64,000 nt of DNA from Candidatus Eiseniibacteriota bacterium (GTDB taxonomy: Bacteria; Eisenbacteria; RBG-16-71-46). The stretch spans positions 864,001 through 928,000 of the forward strand of contig CAVQXP010000004.1 of the NCBI GenBank assembly GCA_963717935.1. Reading direction: 5' to 3'. Below, piece by piece: positions 11,401-21,279 of this stretch. Below the pieces are notes generated by a model, which worked only from the letters and a program-made list of their open reading frames with translations, searched no databases and was not told the DNA's origin. The position numbers and the translations under genes were made by a program. Position 1 is the first letter of the stretch; each line of letters begins with the position of its first letter.

Positions 11401-12826
11401 CTACCCGCAGCCGATCGGTTCCGCCTGGAACTACGACGGCTTCCGCTGGGAGAACTTCTCGATCCTGCCCGACCGGTGGAAGGATGCCGGTTACGGCGGG
11501 CTGGGCTCAGCCTGCATGCTGGTCGTTGACTACGGCGATCGGCGTGGTGACGAGCCAGTCTGGGTGGGTGCGGCAGACAGCATCGGTGCTACTCAGGCCG
11601 CCAAGTACGGCGCGCACAACGGCTGGCACTGCACGGCTGCATACGTCGCGAGCGATGGTACCCACGACTACACCAACGAGACCGACTGCGGCACCAACCC
11701 GGCCATCGCGGTGTGGTCGCACGGCGGTCAGCCGGGCACGACGTGGGATCTCTACAACGTGAAGGCGGGTGAGTCGTCGACCACTGGCACGAGCCAGATC
11801 GGCAGCCGTCTCGCCAGCCGCGCAGACATGGGTCTCTTGGCGGGCAAGCAGAGCATGCAGGGCCCGACGCCCGAGATGCTGCGCGCTTACTACAACATGC
11901 TGTTCATCTTGTCTGGCGATTTGAACACCAGCTTCTTCGGTGCGGATGTGAATCGTGGACAGGATGACATCGCCCTGGTGCAGGACTTCCTGACCTACAA
12001 CGCCGACGCGGGCAACCCGCGTGGCATCTGGGCCATGGGCAATGGCTTCATGGAAGGCAACGTGGGGATCGACGCTGCCCACGACGCCTTCCTGGCGAAC
12101 AATCTGGCAGCCTCCCTGCGGTTCACTTCGTACTATGCCTCGGCCCTGGGGAACACGCCGGTTGGGTTCCCGGATCTGATCCCCACGAGTGTCATCAACA
12201 CGGCGGGGGCCATCTACTGCGTCGAGCAGTCCTGCCTGTACACGAACGACGTTCTGGACGTGAACGTGGCGGTGAGCGGCGCGACGGTCGCCTCGTACTA
12301 CCAGAACCTTGGTAGGAACGGTCCGTACATCGCGGGCGTCTACGCTCCGAGCACGACGAACCATCCGTACATCTCGCTCATCGACGGCTGGGGCATCTTC
12401 AGCACGTTCAGCCGTCACGGTGGCAACACCGTGGGCCGTCTGCAGTACCTCATGGACGTCCTGGTCAACACGTTCGGCTCGGTTTGCTCGTTTACCGCGG
12501 CGCCGACCATCGATGTGCCGACCAACACGGTCAGGAACATCGACTTCCTCGGCAACGTCTGGGGCAACCCGATGGTGGCCGGCGGGAAGGCGACGGTGCA
12601 CTTCGGCCTGGCGAAGCAGGACCGGGTCGAGGTGAAGGTGTATGACGTGACAGGCCGTCTCGTTAAGTCGCTGGCGGATCGTACCTTCCAGGCTGGCGAG
12701 CACTCGCTGGTCTGGGACGGCTCGAACGACCAGGGCCAGGTGGTCCCGCGCGGCGTGTACTTCACCCAGGTGAAGTTCATCAACAGCCGCTTCCTGGACG
12801 CCAAGAAGGTGACGGTCCTGAAGTAG
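8458..12826 (+). CDS. ~1455-aa secreted protein with C-terminal FlgD-Ig/T9SS-CTD-like domain (apparent +1 frameshift near 10890)
   Basis: GGAGG RBS; signal peptide MRKSFVALALLVGAATIWTTLAVA; joins ORFs 8350..10953 and 10937..12826; tail VKVYDVTGRLVKSL...LVWDGSNDQGQVVPRGVYFTQVK...KKVTVLK. Confidence 0.85.
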
Positions 12827-12844
12827 ACAGCAGCAGTCCGGTGA

Positions 12845-12925
12845 TCGTCCCGCCTTCGGGCGGGACGAGCGCCGGGGAGACAAGTCGGCGGGCGGGGGTT
12901 CCAATCCCCGCCCGCCGGCGTTTGT
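12845..12925 (+). terminator. tandem hairpins / intrinsic terminator after the large secreted protein gene
   Basis: TCGTCCCGCC-TTCG-GGCGGGACGA (12845-12868); 14-bp stem 12884-12919 followed by GTTTGT. Confidence 0.7.
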
Positions 12926-13199
12926 GCAGACCGCCCCGTTCGTCGTGTCACAGTGCGGGTTCGGCGGCGGCTCGGGGGATTGGCTGGAAGAGGAGCGTGT
13001 GGGTGCCTGGCCGTCCGTCGGCCGTCCCCGGACCGGCGGGCACCGGGCCGGAGAACCCGGGGTCTCCCGGCGAGCCCCTGGCCCCCGGCCGGCCTTCGGA
13101 CTCGTGAAGGACCATGGCCACCGGCGCTTACGCGGACACCGGCATCATTTCGGGGTTGCGTCCGGCGCCTCGACAGCGTAACCTACGCGGTCTTCCGGC

Positions 13200-13228
13200 T
13201 TGACGGTTACCGAACCTGTTGCTAACCT
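13200..13228 (+). promoter_or_regulatory. sigma70-type promoter for the lipoprotein operon
   Basis: TTGACG-17 bp-TAACCT. Confidence 0.7.
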
Positions 13229-13273
13229 ACTTTCACTTCCCTCTCACATGACTGGGCGTTCCAGGGGGCGCGG

Positions 13274-15463
13274 ATGCGCTTGAGTGCTCGGGTCGTTCTG
13301 TGTTTGCTGACGTTGTCCTTGGCCGCTGGTTCGGGGTGCCGTAAGCCCCTGACCCCCAACATCGACAGGAACGAAGCCCCGGAGACGTGGATCACGGCAG
13401 CGCCGCTGGACACGCTGACGATCCGGGACAATTACGGCCGGCCGATCGGTGATCCCGCGATCACCACCATCCCGGTCCGCTTCCACCTGTACTGGGCGGG
13501 CTCCGACAAGGATGGCGCCGTCGCGGGCTTCTATTATGCGGTGGTGGAGACCACGGCGGTCCCGGTCGATGGCTTCTTCCCGCCGCTGCCGGGTCCCAAG
13601 CCAGGGCAGTATCGCTTCACGTCGAAGACCGACACGACGTTCGTATTCACGGTTTCGGAGTTGTTCACCGACCGGGCGCACGCCTTCTTCATCTACGCGG
13701 TGGACAACCAGGGCAAGCCGGACCCCACGCCCGCCCGCTTCATCTTCACCGCCATCGACAAGTTCCCCCCGCGACCGGTCATTGGCCCACTGGATGCGAA
13801 GGCCACCGGGGAGATCGTCAGTCTGACGCCCGCCGGTGAGCCGGTCTCCGAGTTCCGGGAGTACTTCGTCACCGACACGCTGAACCTCAAGACGCTCCCC
13901 ACGGACACGGTGCCCGCCTACAGCCGCCTGGATTTCACCTGGCGCGGCGAGATCACCCAGCCGGGGACGTTCGTGACGAGCTACCGCTACAAGCTCGACG
14001 AGTCCCAGTTCCAGACCGCCGACTCGTCCGTGCACTCGGTCTCGTATGGCACGGACCTGCCGGGCTCGGTGCCTGTCGCCCCGGGGCAGAAGGTCTTCAC
14101 GCTGCGCGCGCTCGATCAGGCCGGTGGTGCGGGCGAAACGACGCGGCGCTTCATCATGAACTTCGCCCCCGACACCTGGTGGGCCGGGCCCGACCCCGCG
14201 CTCTTCACGGGGCCCTCGGACGGGGAGTACGACTCGCACAGTCTGGACGTCCTCACCTGGCCGAGCCCGAGCAACCCGGTCTTCGTCACGAGCCCCCCGC
14301 TCCCGCCGGGATCCACGTTCGGTCCGGACTCCTTCGCGTACCGGCCCTCCCGGCGGTTCCCGCCGAACCGGGACTTCACGCGGCCGGGGACCTTCTACGA
14401 GATCTACAAGAACCGGCTCTACGCGCGCACCGAGGGTGACACGGTCCACCTGAATTCGTTCGTCGTCCTCTGGAACGGTGGCTACGACAAGGACTCGCGT
14501 TACATCCCCCGGGCCGACAGCATGGACCCCGCCCTGCGCACTTCCGACGGCCGTCTCATCACCGGGCCGGTGGTCCAGGCCGCGGGCCGGATCGGTTCCC
14601 CGATCGGCTTCCGCTCGCTCATCGTCAATCGCCTGACGCCGTCGGGCCTCAAGAGCCTCCCGGCGCAGACCTCGATGTACCCGGTCTACGAGCCCGCGTC
14701 GGTCTACCGTTCCCTGTTCATGGGCGGCTACTGGCGCATGTTCCAGGCGGGGAAGGCGTATGCGATGGCCCGTGGCGAGGACGCCGACGGCGGCCTGGAC
14801 AAGTCCGTGGTGGACCCGGTGGCGCTGGCCGACGCCGTGGACAACAACGGAGGCACCCAGGCGGAGCGTGACTTGCGCCGCAAGGTGCTGGTCTTCTACG
14901 TGGACAAGGCGCCTGCGTTGATCAGGAGCGGATCCTTCCTGCCCTACGAGGGTCAGTCCATCACCACCGCCCAGTGGGACTTCTACCTGCGCGGCATGGA
15001 CCTCGATCCGCTCGACCCCACCCTGGTGAGCCCTCCGGCCGGCGGTCCCACGGCGAGGACGGTCATCCGATTCAAGGTCAAGCTCTACGGCAAGAACCTC
15101 GCGGGTCGCGACACCTCCTGGACCTATCTCGAGTCGACCGGCCTGCCCTACATCCTCCGGGGCACGGACGTCGCGGTGAGCTTCGTCCCCGGCGGGTCCA
15201 TGCTCACGAACCCGTTCGCCTCGGGGCCGATCAGGGTCAGCATCCAGATCTGTGACTGCATCGACTGCGAGTTCATGCCGGGGCAGGGACGCTGCGTCGA
15301 CGGCATCGACCCCCTGACCGGGCAAGTCCCCGACCGGCCCGGTTTCACCGCGCTGAACGTCATCACCGTCAACTACACGAGACCCGCATTTGAGCCGGAT
15401 CTCGAGACCACTTCATCGACAGTGGGCCGACCGGGGCCTGATTTGTCGGGCGGGAGAGACTGA
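13274..15463 (+). CDS. 729-aa lipoprotein with repeated Fn3/Y_Y_Y-like beta-sandwich modules
   Basis: Signal peptide ending LAAGSG-C; modules LYWAGSDKDG...FFIYAVDNQG and FTWRG...YRYKLD...FTLRALDQAG. Confidence 0.8.
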   Translation: MRLSARVVLCLLTLSLAAGSGCRKPLTPNIDRNEAPETWITAAPLDTLTIRDNYGRPIGDPAITTIPVRFHLYWAGSDKDGAVAGFYYAVVETTAVPVDGFFPPLPGPKPGQYRFTSKTDTTFVFTVSELFTDRAHAFFIYAVDNQGKPDPTPARFIFTAIDKFPPRPVIGPLDAKATGEIVSLTPAGEPVSEFREYFVTDTLNLKTLPTDTVPAYSRLDFTWRGEITQPGTFVTSYRYKLDESQFQTADSSVHSVSYGTDLPGSVPVAPGQKVFTLRALDQAGGAGETTRRFIMNFAPDTWWAGPDPALFTGPSDGEYDSHSLDVLTWPSPSNPVFVTSPPLPPGSTFGPDSFAYRPSRRFPPNRDFTRPGTFYEIYKNRLYARTEGDTVHLNSFVVLWNGGYDKDSRYIPRADSMDPALRTSDGRLITGPVVQAAGRIGSPIGFRSLIVNRLTPSGLKSLPAQTSMYPVYEPASVYRSLFMGGYWRMFQAGKAYAMARGEDADGGLDKSVVDPVALADAVDNNGGTQAERDLRRKVLVFYVDKAPALIRSGSFLPYEGQSITTAQWDFYLRGMDLDPLDPTLVSPPAGGPTARTVIRFKVKLYGKNLAGRDTSWTYLESTGLPYILRGTDVAVSFVPGGSMLTNPFASGPIRVSIQICDCIDCEFMPGQGRCVDGIDPLTGQVPDRPGFTALNVITVNYTRPAFEPDLETTSSTVGRPGPDLSGGRD

Positions 15464-15464
15464 G

Positions 15465-18024
15465 ATGAAGACTCACGCAATCGCCCCGGTGCTGGCGCTG
15501 GCGGCCCTGCTCGGGCTCGGGAGCGCCGGCTGCAGCAAACAGCTGAAGAACACGGTCATCCCGAACCAGTTGCCGACCGTGCGTCTCACCTACGCGCCGA
15601 TCGACACCACGAGCGAGTTCTTCTACGTCTACCGGATGAACTGGGTGGGCTATGATCCGGACGGGCGCGTGGTCCGCTTCGAGTACGTCGTGGATCCGCC
15701 GACCGCGGTGGACGCCGTGATTCCCTGGGTGAGCACGACGAACAACGAGCAGACCATCACGTTCACCGCCACCAAGCCCGAATCGCTGCCCACCCCGGGC
15801 CATCCTCGCACCCCCCGCAGCCAGGGCTTCCACGTGTTCGCCATCCGTGCCGTGGACAACCTGGGCGCGGTCTCCGAGCCGGTCAAGCGCGCGTTCTACT
15901 CCTTCGGCGTCGCGCCCGTCGTACAGATCGAGGAGCCCCGGCCCTCGAACCTGATCTCGCCCGCGGTAACGCCCGCGGTGCGCATCCGCTGGACGGGCAA
16001 GGACTTCGTCGATCCGAACGGGTTCGTGTTCGAGAAGCCGGTCCGGTACAAGTACGCGCTCTACAAGCGGGGCCCCGGCATCCCGTGGAACGCCTGGCTC
16101 CAGGATCCCGATTCCCTGCGCAGGCAAGTCGCGCCGGAGTTCGCGGGCTGGGACTCGACCGGGCCCGACAGCGCGGAGGTGCAGTACACGAACCTCACGC
16201 CGAACAGCGAGTACCTGTTCGTGGTCGTGGCCATCGGGCGCTCGGGCGCGTATTCGCCGATCTTCGACCTCAACTCGAACATGCTGCGGATGGCCGTGGG
16301 GCTCGCGGGCCAGCTCGGGCCGCGGATCACGCTTTTCAACTCGTTCTTCCAGTTCACCTACCCGAGCGGCGGTTTCCCGTCGCCGCTGGATCCCTCGTGG
16401 GCGATCCAGCTCCAGATCCCCGCCGGGCAGCCTCTCACGTTCAACTGGACCGCCGAGCCCCCGGCGGGCTCGATCATGAAGCGCTATCGCTGGGTGCTGG
16501 ACCTCGAGAGCCTGGACGACGAGACGCCGCGCACCAGTCAGGACGACTGGTACCACTGGAGCCCCTGGAGCCAGACGACCGCGGCGATCGTCGGTCCCTT
16601 CGCGGGGGCCGACACCGGCGAGGTGCACAACTTCTACCTCGAGGCCGAGGACATCAACGGGCTCGTGAGCCTGGGGTGGGTCCAGTTCCGGGTGTACCGG
16701 CCGACGTTCGACAAGGAACTGCTGATCGTGAATGACACGCGGTTCAACGTGGACCAGTACGTGGTGAACCGGACGGACACGCTGCGGGCCCCGAGCGGCG
16801 TCTGGCCCACGCGCGCCGAGCTGGACACGTTCCTGTTCGCGGTGGGGGGGTGCGCTGGAAGATGACACCGTCGTCCCCACTCTTCGCGGTCCGGCCGAGT
16901 CCGCAGGGGATCTTCAAGGGCTACAGCTACGACACGCTGGGGACGCGCTACGGCCAGGAGAACCCCACGATCCCGCTCGGGTTCCTCGGCCAGTACCGCC
17001 ACATCATCTGGATGACGGACCTGCGGGGCTCGCTGCTGGAGCTCCCGTCTACGTCTTCGACGCTGCCCACGACGACGCTGCTCTACATGTCCAGGCCCAA
17101 CCGGCAGAACACGCTGGCGACCTGGGTGAGCCAGGGCGGCCAGTTGTGGGCGCTCGGCTCCGGGTTCGGCAACGCCACGAACTCGCCCTGGAACAACCTG
17201 GGCAACGACGTCAACTCGGTCCGGGCCTACCGGTTCGACGGCACGCGACCCGACCTGACGCCGGGGCGGTTCATGTTCGACCTCGCGCACTGGCGCTCGG
17301 AGTTCCGGGTCTTCGGACCGGTCTTCGTGCGTTTCGCGCGCTATGACCAGCCGGACCCGGGGGTCTATTACCCGTATCCGACGACCTACTGGAAGGGCGG
17401 GCACTTCACGAACCCGGACGTGGACTACACGGTGCTGCCGACGACGCTGGAGCCCCGCGATCCGTCGACGGACCCGATCCTGGCCGTTCCGCACGTACGG
17501 CGACTTCTACGTCGGCAACCAGATCTACAGCGGAAACGGCATCAACATCGAGTTCCTCAGCCTCCAGAACTTCATCATCGAGGAGCTCCCGGTGCCTTCG
17601 CCCACGAGCCCGGACTCGACCGTCGAGCGCTCGACGCTCGACAGCCTGTACCTGGTCTACGGGAGCGCCTACCCCACGCAGATGCTGCAGTCGACCGCCG
17701 GGCAGGGCGTGAACACGGTGATGACCTACTACCACGGGCCGGAGAACGCGCCGCTGGTGTTCTCGGGGACGGACATCTGGGACGTTCCGGCGGCAGGACT
17801 GCGTGGCACTGGTGGACTTCGTTCTGGGCCATCTGTGGGGCGTGTACAGGAGCACTTCCTACGCGCCGCGCGCCGTGGCGCCCAGCCTCACGCGGAAAGT
17901 TGCCGTGCCCGCGCCGCAGACCATCCAGCGACCATCCGGGTCGGTCCGGCGGCCGGTCGGCACCCCCCAGCGACCGTCCGGGTCGGTCCGGCGGCCGGTC
18001 GGCACCTCAACATTCCAGCGCTGA
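15465..18024 (+). CDS. ~850-aa lipoprotein related to the upstream one (three apparent frameshifts near 16850, 17485 and 17785)
   Basis: MKTHAIAPVLALAALLGLGSAG-C lipobox; modules MNWVGYDPDG...FAIRAVDNLG, IRWTGKD, FNWTA...YRWVLD...FYLEAEDING; joins four ORF fragments, first break in a G7 run. Confidence 0.72.
17926..18006 (+). repeat. 42-bp tandem repeat encoding QRPSGSVRRPVGT(P) twice at the lipoprotein C-terminus
   Basis: CAGCGACCRTCCGGGTCGGTCCGGCGGCCGGTCGGCACC at 17926 and 17968. Confidence 0.9.
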
Positions 18025-18043
18025 CGCTGACGGGAGCCGTCGA

Positions 18044-19129
18044 ATGACTCGAAAGGCTGGCCGCAATCGCTTCATCCCTGTCGTTGTTCTCCTGGCGCTG
18101 GCCCTCGTGGCCGGCGCCGGGAGCCTGTCTGCCGCCCGCGCCCAGACCGCCGAGACGCCGCAGCAGTTCTGGCACATCCCGGTCTGGGTCCAGCCGGGAG
18201 CGTGGCAGGACTACACGGCGCTCTTCCCCAAACGCTGCATCGGGCTCCTGGAGTCCAGACCTGACAGCCTCAGTCCGAGGCCGCGCACGACGACGGTGCG
18301 CTTCCTGCGCAACCGGCGTGTCGAGGCGCGTCGCGACTTCGGTGGGTACCGCGTCTACCGGGGCACGAACTCGGCCGACACCACGACCATGATGCTCCTT
18401 CGGCGCTATTCGGTGAACATCGGCGACAGCCCGCTGTGGCATTTCTCGCGCGTGGACACCTCGAGCCTCGAGTTCAAGTGCGGAGACGTCGTGGCCCACG
18501 ACAGCGTCATGACGTTCGTGGATCCGGATTCCTGCGGGGCCCTCACCAAGGTGTGCCGCCGCGTGGACTACCTGGGCCGCTGCCTCTCGGTAGGCGACTC
18601 GGTCTGGGCGTTGGTGGCTCCTCCGGGTCCGCACGATGGCTTCCGCACGTGGTACACGGTCATCTACGAGGCCCGCAACACCATCGACAACAACTACGAG
18701 GAGCTCTTCGTCCCGGACACGACGAACGACTATGCCGCGTGCGGCGAGCCCGGGCACCCGGAAACCTGCCCGAACCTGAACAACAAGGCCGCGAACCTGA
18801 TCGCGGAGCCCGTCGAGGCGACCCCGGGGCCGGCCGCGAACCTGCAGACCGTGGCGGTCGTGCCCAACCCGTTCCGGGGTCGGGAGTCGTGGGACCGGCC
18901 GGACGGCAACGAGGTGCATTTCATCAACCTGCCGTCCAAGGCGAGGATCCGGATCTTCACGGTCGCTGGTGACCTCATCAGGGAGTTGAGCCACGACGAC
19001 CCGGTGCGCGACTTCGAGCGCTGGGACCTCAAGAACGCGAACGGACAGGATGTCGCCTCCGGCATCTACATGTTCCGGATCGAGGCGGGCTCCTTCGCCG
19101 CCCAGAACCGCTTCATCATCATCCGATAG
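18044..19129 (+). CDS. secreted Cys-rich protein with T9SS-CTD-like C-terminal domain
   Basis: GGGAG RBS; signal peptide ending ARA-Q; DFGGYRVYR; tail VVPNPF...FINLP...IRIFTVAGDLIREL...WDLKNANGQDVASGIYMFRIE...RFIIIR. Confidence 0.82.
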   Translation: MTRKAGRNRFIPVVVLLALALVAGAGSLSAARAQTAETPQQFWHIPVWVQPGAWQDYTALFPKRCIGLLESRPDSLSPRPRTTTVRFLRNRRVEARRDFGGYRVYRGTNSADTTTMMLLRRYSVNIGDSPLWHFSRVDTSSLEFKCGDVVAHDSVMTFVDPDSCGALTKVCRRVDYLGRCLSVGDSVWALVAPPGPHDGFRTWYTVIYEARNTIDNNYEELFVPDTTNDYAACGEPGHPETCPNLNNKAANLIAEPVEATPGPAANLQTVAVVPNPFRGRESWDRPDGNEVHFINLPSKARIRIFTVAGDLIRELSHDDPVRDFERWDLKNANGQDVASGIYMFRIEAGSFAAQNRFIIIR

Positions 19130-19296
19130 CCTTCAGGAGGGCCCCGTGAGGGGCCCCGGAAGCACCTGGCGCGGCCGCGGGGCGACGGAAGCTCCCCGCG
19201 GCCGCGATCCTCTTTCCGCCCGGCGCCCGCTTCGCGGCCCCCGCGCCGGCGCACGGGGCCGGGGGTGGGGGTTCCACGGATGAGGGCCCGTCACGG

Positions 19297-19302
19297 TATA
19301 AT
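19297..19302 (+). promoter_or_regulatory. putative -10 element upstream of the S8 peptidase gene
   Basis: Perfect TATAAT in a very GC-rich spacer; no convincing -35. Confidence 0.45.
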
Positions 19303-19373
19303 GGGACCTCCGGTCGGCAGCGTGGCACGAGGTCGGTCCGGGGCCGTACGAGCGAGCGGAGGGGGAGCGCACG

Positions 19374-21224
19374 ATGGTTCCGAGAATGCCGGCGGCGTGG
19401 CGTGGAGCGCGGGGCCTCGCCGTGCTGTTGCTGGTCTCCTGTCTGGCCGCGCCGGCTTCAGGCGCTTTGCCCCGGGGCGCGGTGGCCGCGAAACTCGACC
19501 CGCGCCTCCTGGCTGCGCTGACCACGGACGGGGTGGCGCCCGTGAGCGCGTGGGTGACCTTCGGCGACAAGGGCGAGACCGGCCCCGGTGACCTCGTCCG
19601 GCGTCTTGCCGAGGCCGAGGCCGCGCTCGACCCTCATGCGCGGGCGCGCCGCGAACGGGCCGGAGTCACGCCCCTGGTGGATTACCTCGACCTGCCCGTG
19701 CACCCGCCCTACATCGAATCCGTCCGGGCGCTGGGGCTTGCGCCCTACGGGACTTCGCGCTGGTTCAACCGCGTGGCGGTGCGCGCCACCGGCGAGCATC
19801 TGGTGGCGCTGGCCGGACTGCCCTGCGTCGCGCGCCTGGCGCCGGTGGAGCGCGCGCTGCCCATGCGGGACGAGCCCGCCGGCTCCGCCGCAGGAGCGCG
19901 CGAGGCGGGGCTGGCCTCGGTCCGGGCGACCACGACCCTCGACTACGGTCTGACCGCCTCGCAACTCACGCAGATCGGCGTGCCCGCCCTGCACGACCTG
20001 GGCTACACCGGCGTGGGTGTGCGCATCTGCATGCTCGACGATGGCTTCAACTACTACGCCACGCACCCCGCCCTGGCGGACGCCGACATCCTGGCCACGC
20101 GTGACTTCGTGCGGGGCGTGGAGGACCCGACCGACCTGAACGCTCCGATCGGCGACTTCCAGCACGGGACCGAGACCTTCAGCTGCATCGCCGGCAACCA
20201 GCCCGGCCGCTACATCGGCGCGGCACCCGGTGCCACGTTCCTGCTGGGACGCACCGAGTACGACGCCACCGAGACGCCGGTGGAGATGGTCTACTGGGGC
20301 ATGGGCGCCGAGTGGGCCGACAGCGCGGGCGCCGACATCATCAGCTCGTCGCTGGGCTACAGCACGTTCCCGGACAGCGTCGGCCAGGACTACGTGTATG
20401 CCGACATGGATGGTCACACCACCCTCGTCAGCCGCGCGGCCCAGATCGCCGCCAGCAAGGGCATCCTGGTCGTCAACTCGGCGGGCAACGAGGGCAACAC
20501 GGTCTGGCACTACATCATCGCGCCGGCCGACGTGGACGGCGACAGCCTGATCGCCGTGGGTGCCGTGGACTCGACCGGTCTGCCCGCGAGCTTCAGCTCG
20601 TACGGTCCCAGCGCCGATGGGCGCGTGAAGCCCGACCTCGCCGCTCGCGGCGTCAACGCCTGGGTCGCGCTGGCCGCCGACACGGGCTACGCGCAGTTGA
20701 ACGGCACCTCCTTCTCGTGCCCGCTCGTCGCCGGGCTCGCCGCGAGCCTGATGCAGGCGCGGCCCACCTGGCCACCGACGCTCCTCATCCGCGGCTTGCG
20801 GCTCACGGCCTCGCAGGCCACCGCGCCCGATGACCGCGTGGGCTACGGCATCCCGGACGGGGCTGCCGTGCTGCGCTGGATCCCGGATACCGCCTCGGTC
20901 CCGGGGCTTCCGCCGTTCGCCCTGGGATTGCGCCTCACCGGACCGAACCCCCTCACGTCCTCCGCACCCTGGACCCGCGTGGACTTCGGCGTGGGCCCCG
21001 GCGCGGGCGAACCGCGGCTGCGCGTCTTCGACGCCCAGGGCCGTCTCGTCGTGCGCGACCTCGCGAGCAGCGGCAAGTCCACGATCGCCGGGGACGGGCT
21101 GTCCCGGACCGCGACCTGGGATGGCCGCGACGGCGATGGCCGGCTGCTGCGGGCCGGGCTCTACTTCATCACGCTCGAAGCTGGTGGCCGGCGCTCCGCG
21201 GTTCGCGTGATCTCCCTGCGTTGA
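19374..21224 (+). CDS. S8 (subtilisin-like) serine peptidase with C-terminal FlgD-like tail
   Basis: Signal peptide; catalytic ICMLDDGF, HGTET and GTSFSCP; NSAGNEG; KPDLAARG; tail RVFDAQGRLV...WDGRDGDG...AGLYF. Confidence 0.92.
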   Translation: MVPRMPAAWRGARGLAVLLLVSCLAAPASGALPRGAVAAKLDPRLLAALTTDGVAPVSAWVTFGDKGETGPGDLVRRLAEAEAALDPHARARRERAGVTPLVDYLDLPVHPPYIESVRALGLAPYGTSRWFNRVAVRATGEHLVALAGLPCVARLAPVERALPMRDEPAGSAAGAREAGLASVRATTTLDYGLTASQLTQIGVPALHDLGYTGVGVRICMLDDGFNYYATHPALADADILATRDFVRGVEDPTDLNAPIGDFQHGTETFSCIAGNQPGRYIGAAPGATFLLGRTEYDATETPVEMVYWGMGAEWADSAGADIISSSLGYSTFPDSVGQDYVYADMDGHTTLVSRAAQIAASKGILVVNSAGNEGNTVWHYIIAPADVDGDSLIAVGAVDSTGLPASFSSYGPSADGRVKPDLAARGVNAWVALAADTGYAQLNGTSFSCPLVAGLAASLMQARPTWPPTLLIRGLRLTASQATAPDDRVGYGIPDGAAVLRWIPDTASVPGLPPFALGLRLTGPNPLTSSAPWTRVDFGVGPGAGEPRLRVFDAQGRLVVRDLASSGKSTIAGDGLSRTATWDGRDGDGRLLRAGLYFITLEAGGRRSAVRVISLR

Positions 21225-21279
21225 CCCGGTCCGACTTCCGCCCACGATGCTCCGACTCCAGACGAAAGGACCTCTGCGC

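Noticed and set aside
16850..19129. 759-aa ORF as a single protein
   Set aside because: It joins a frameshifted fragment of the second lipoprotein to a separate gene with its own RBS, ATG (18044) and signal peptide.
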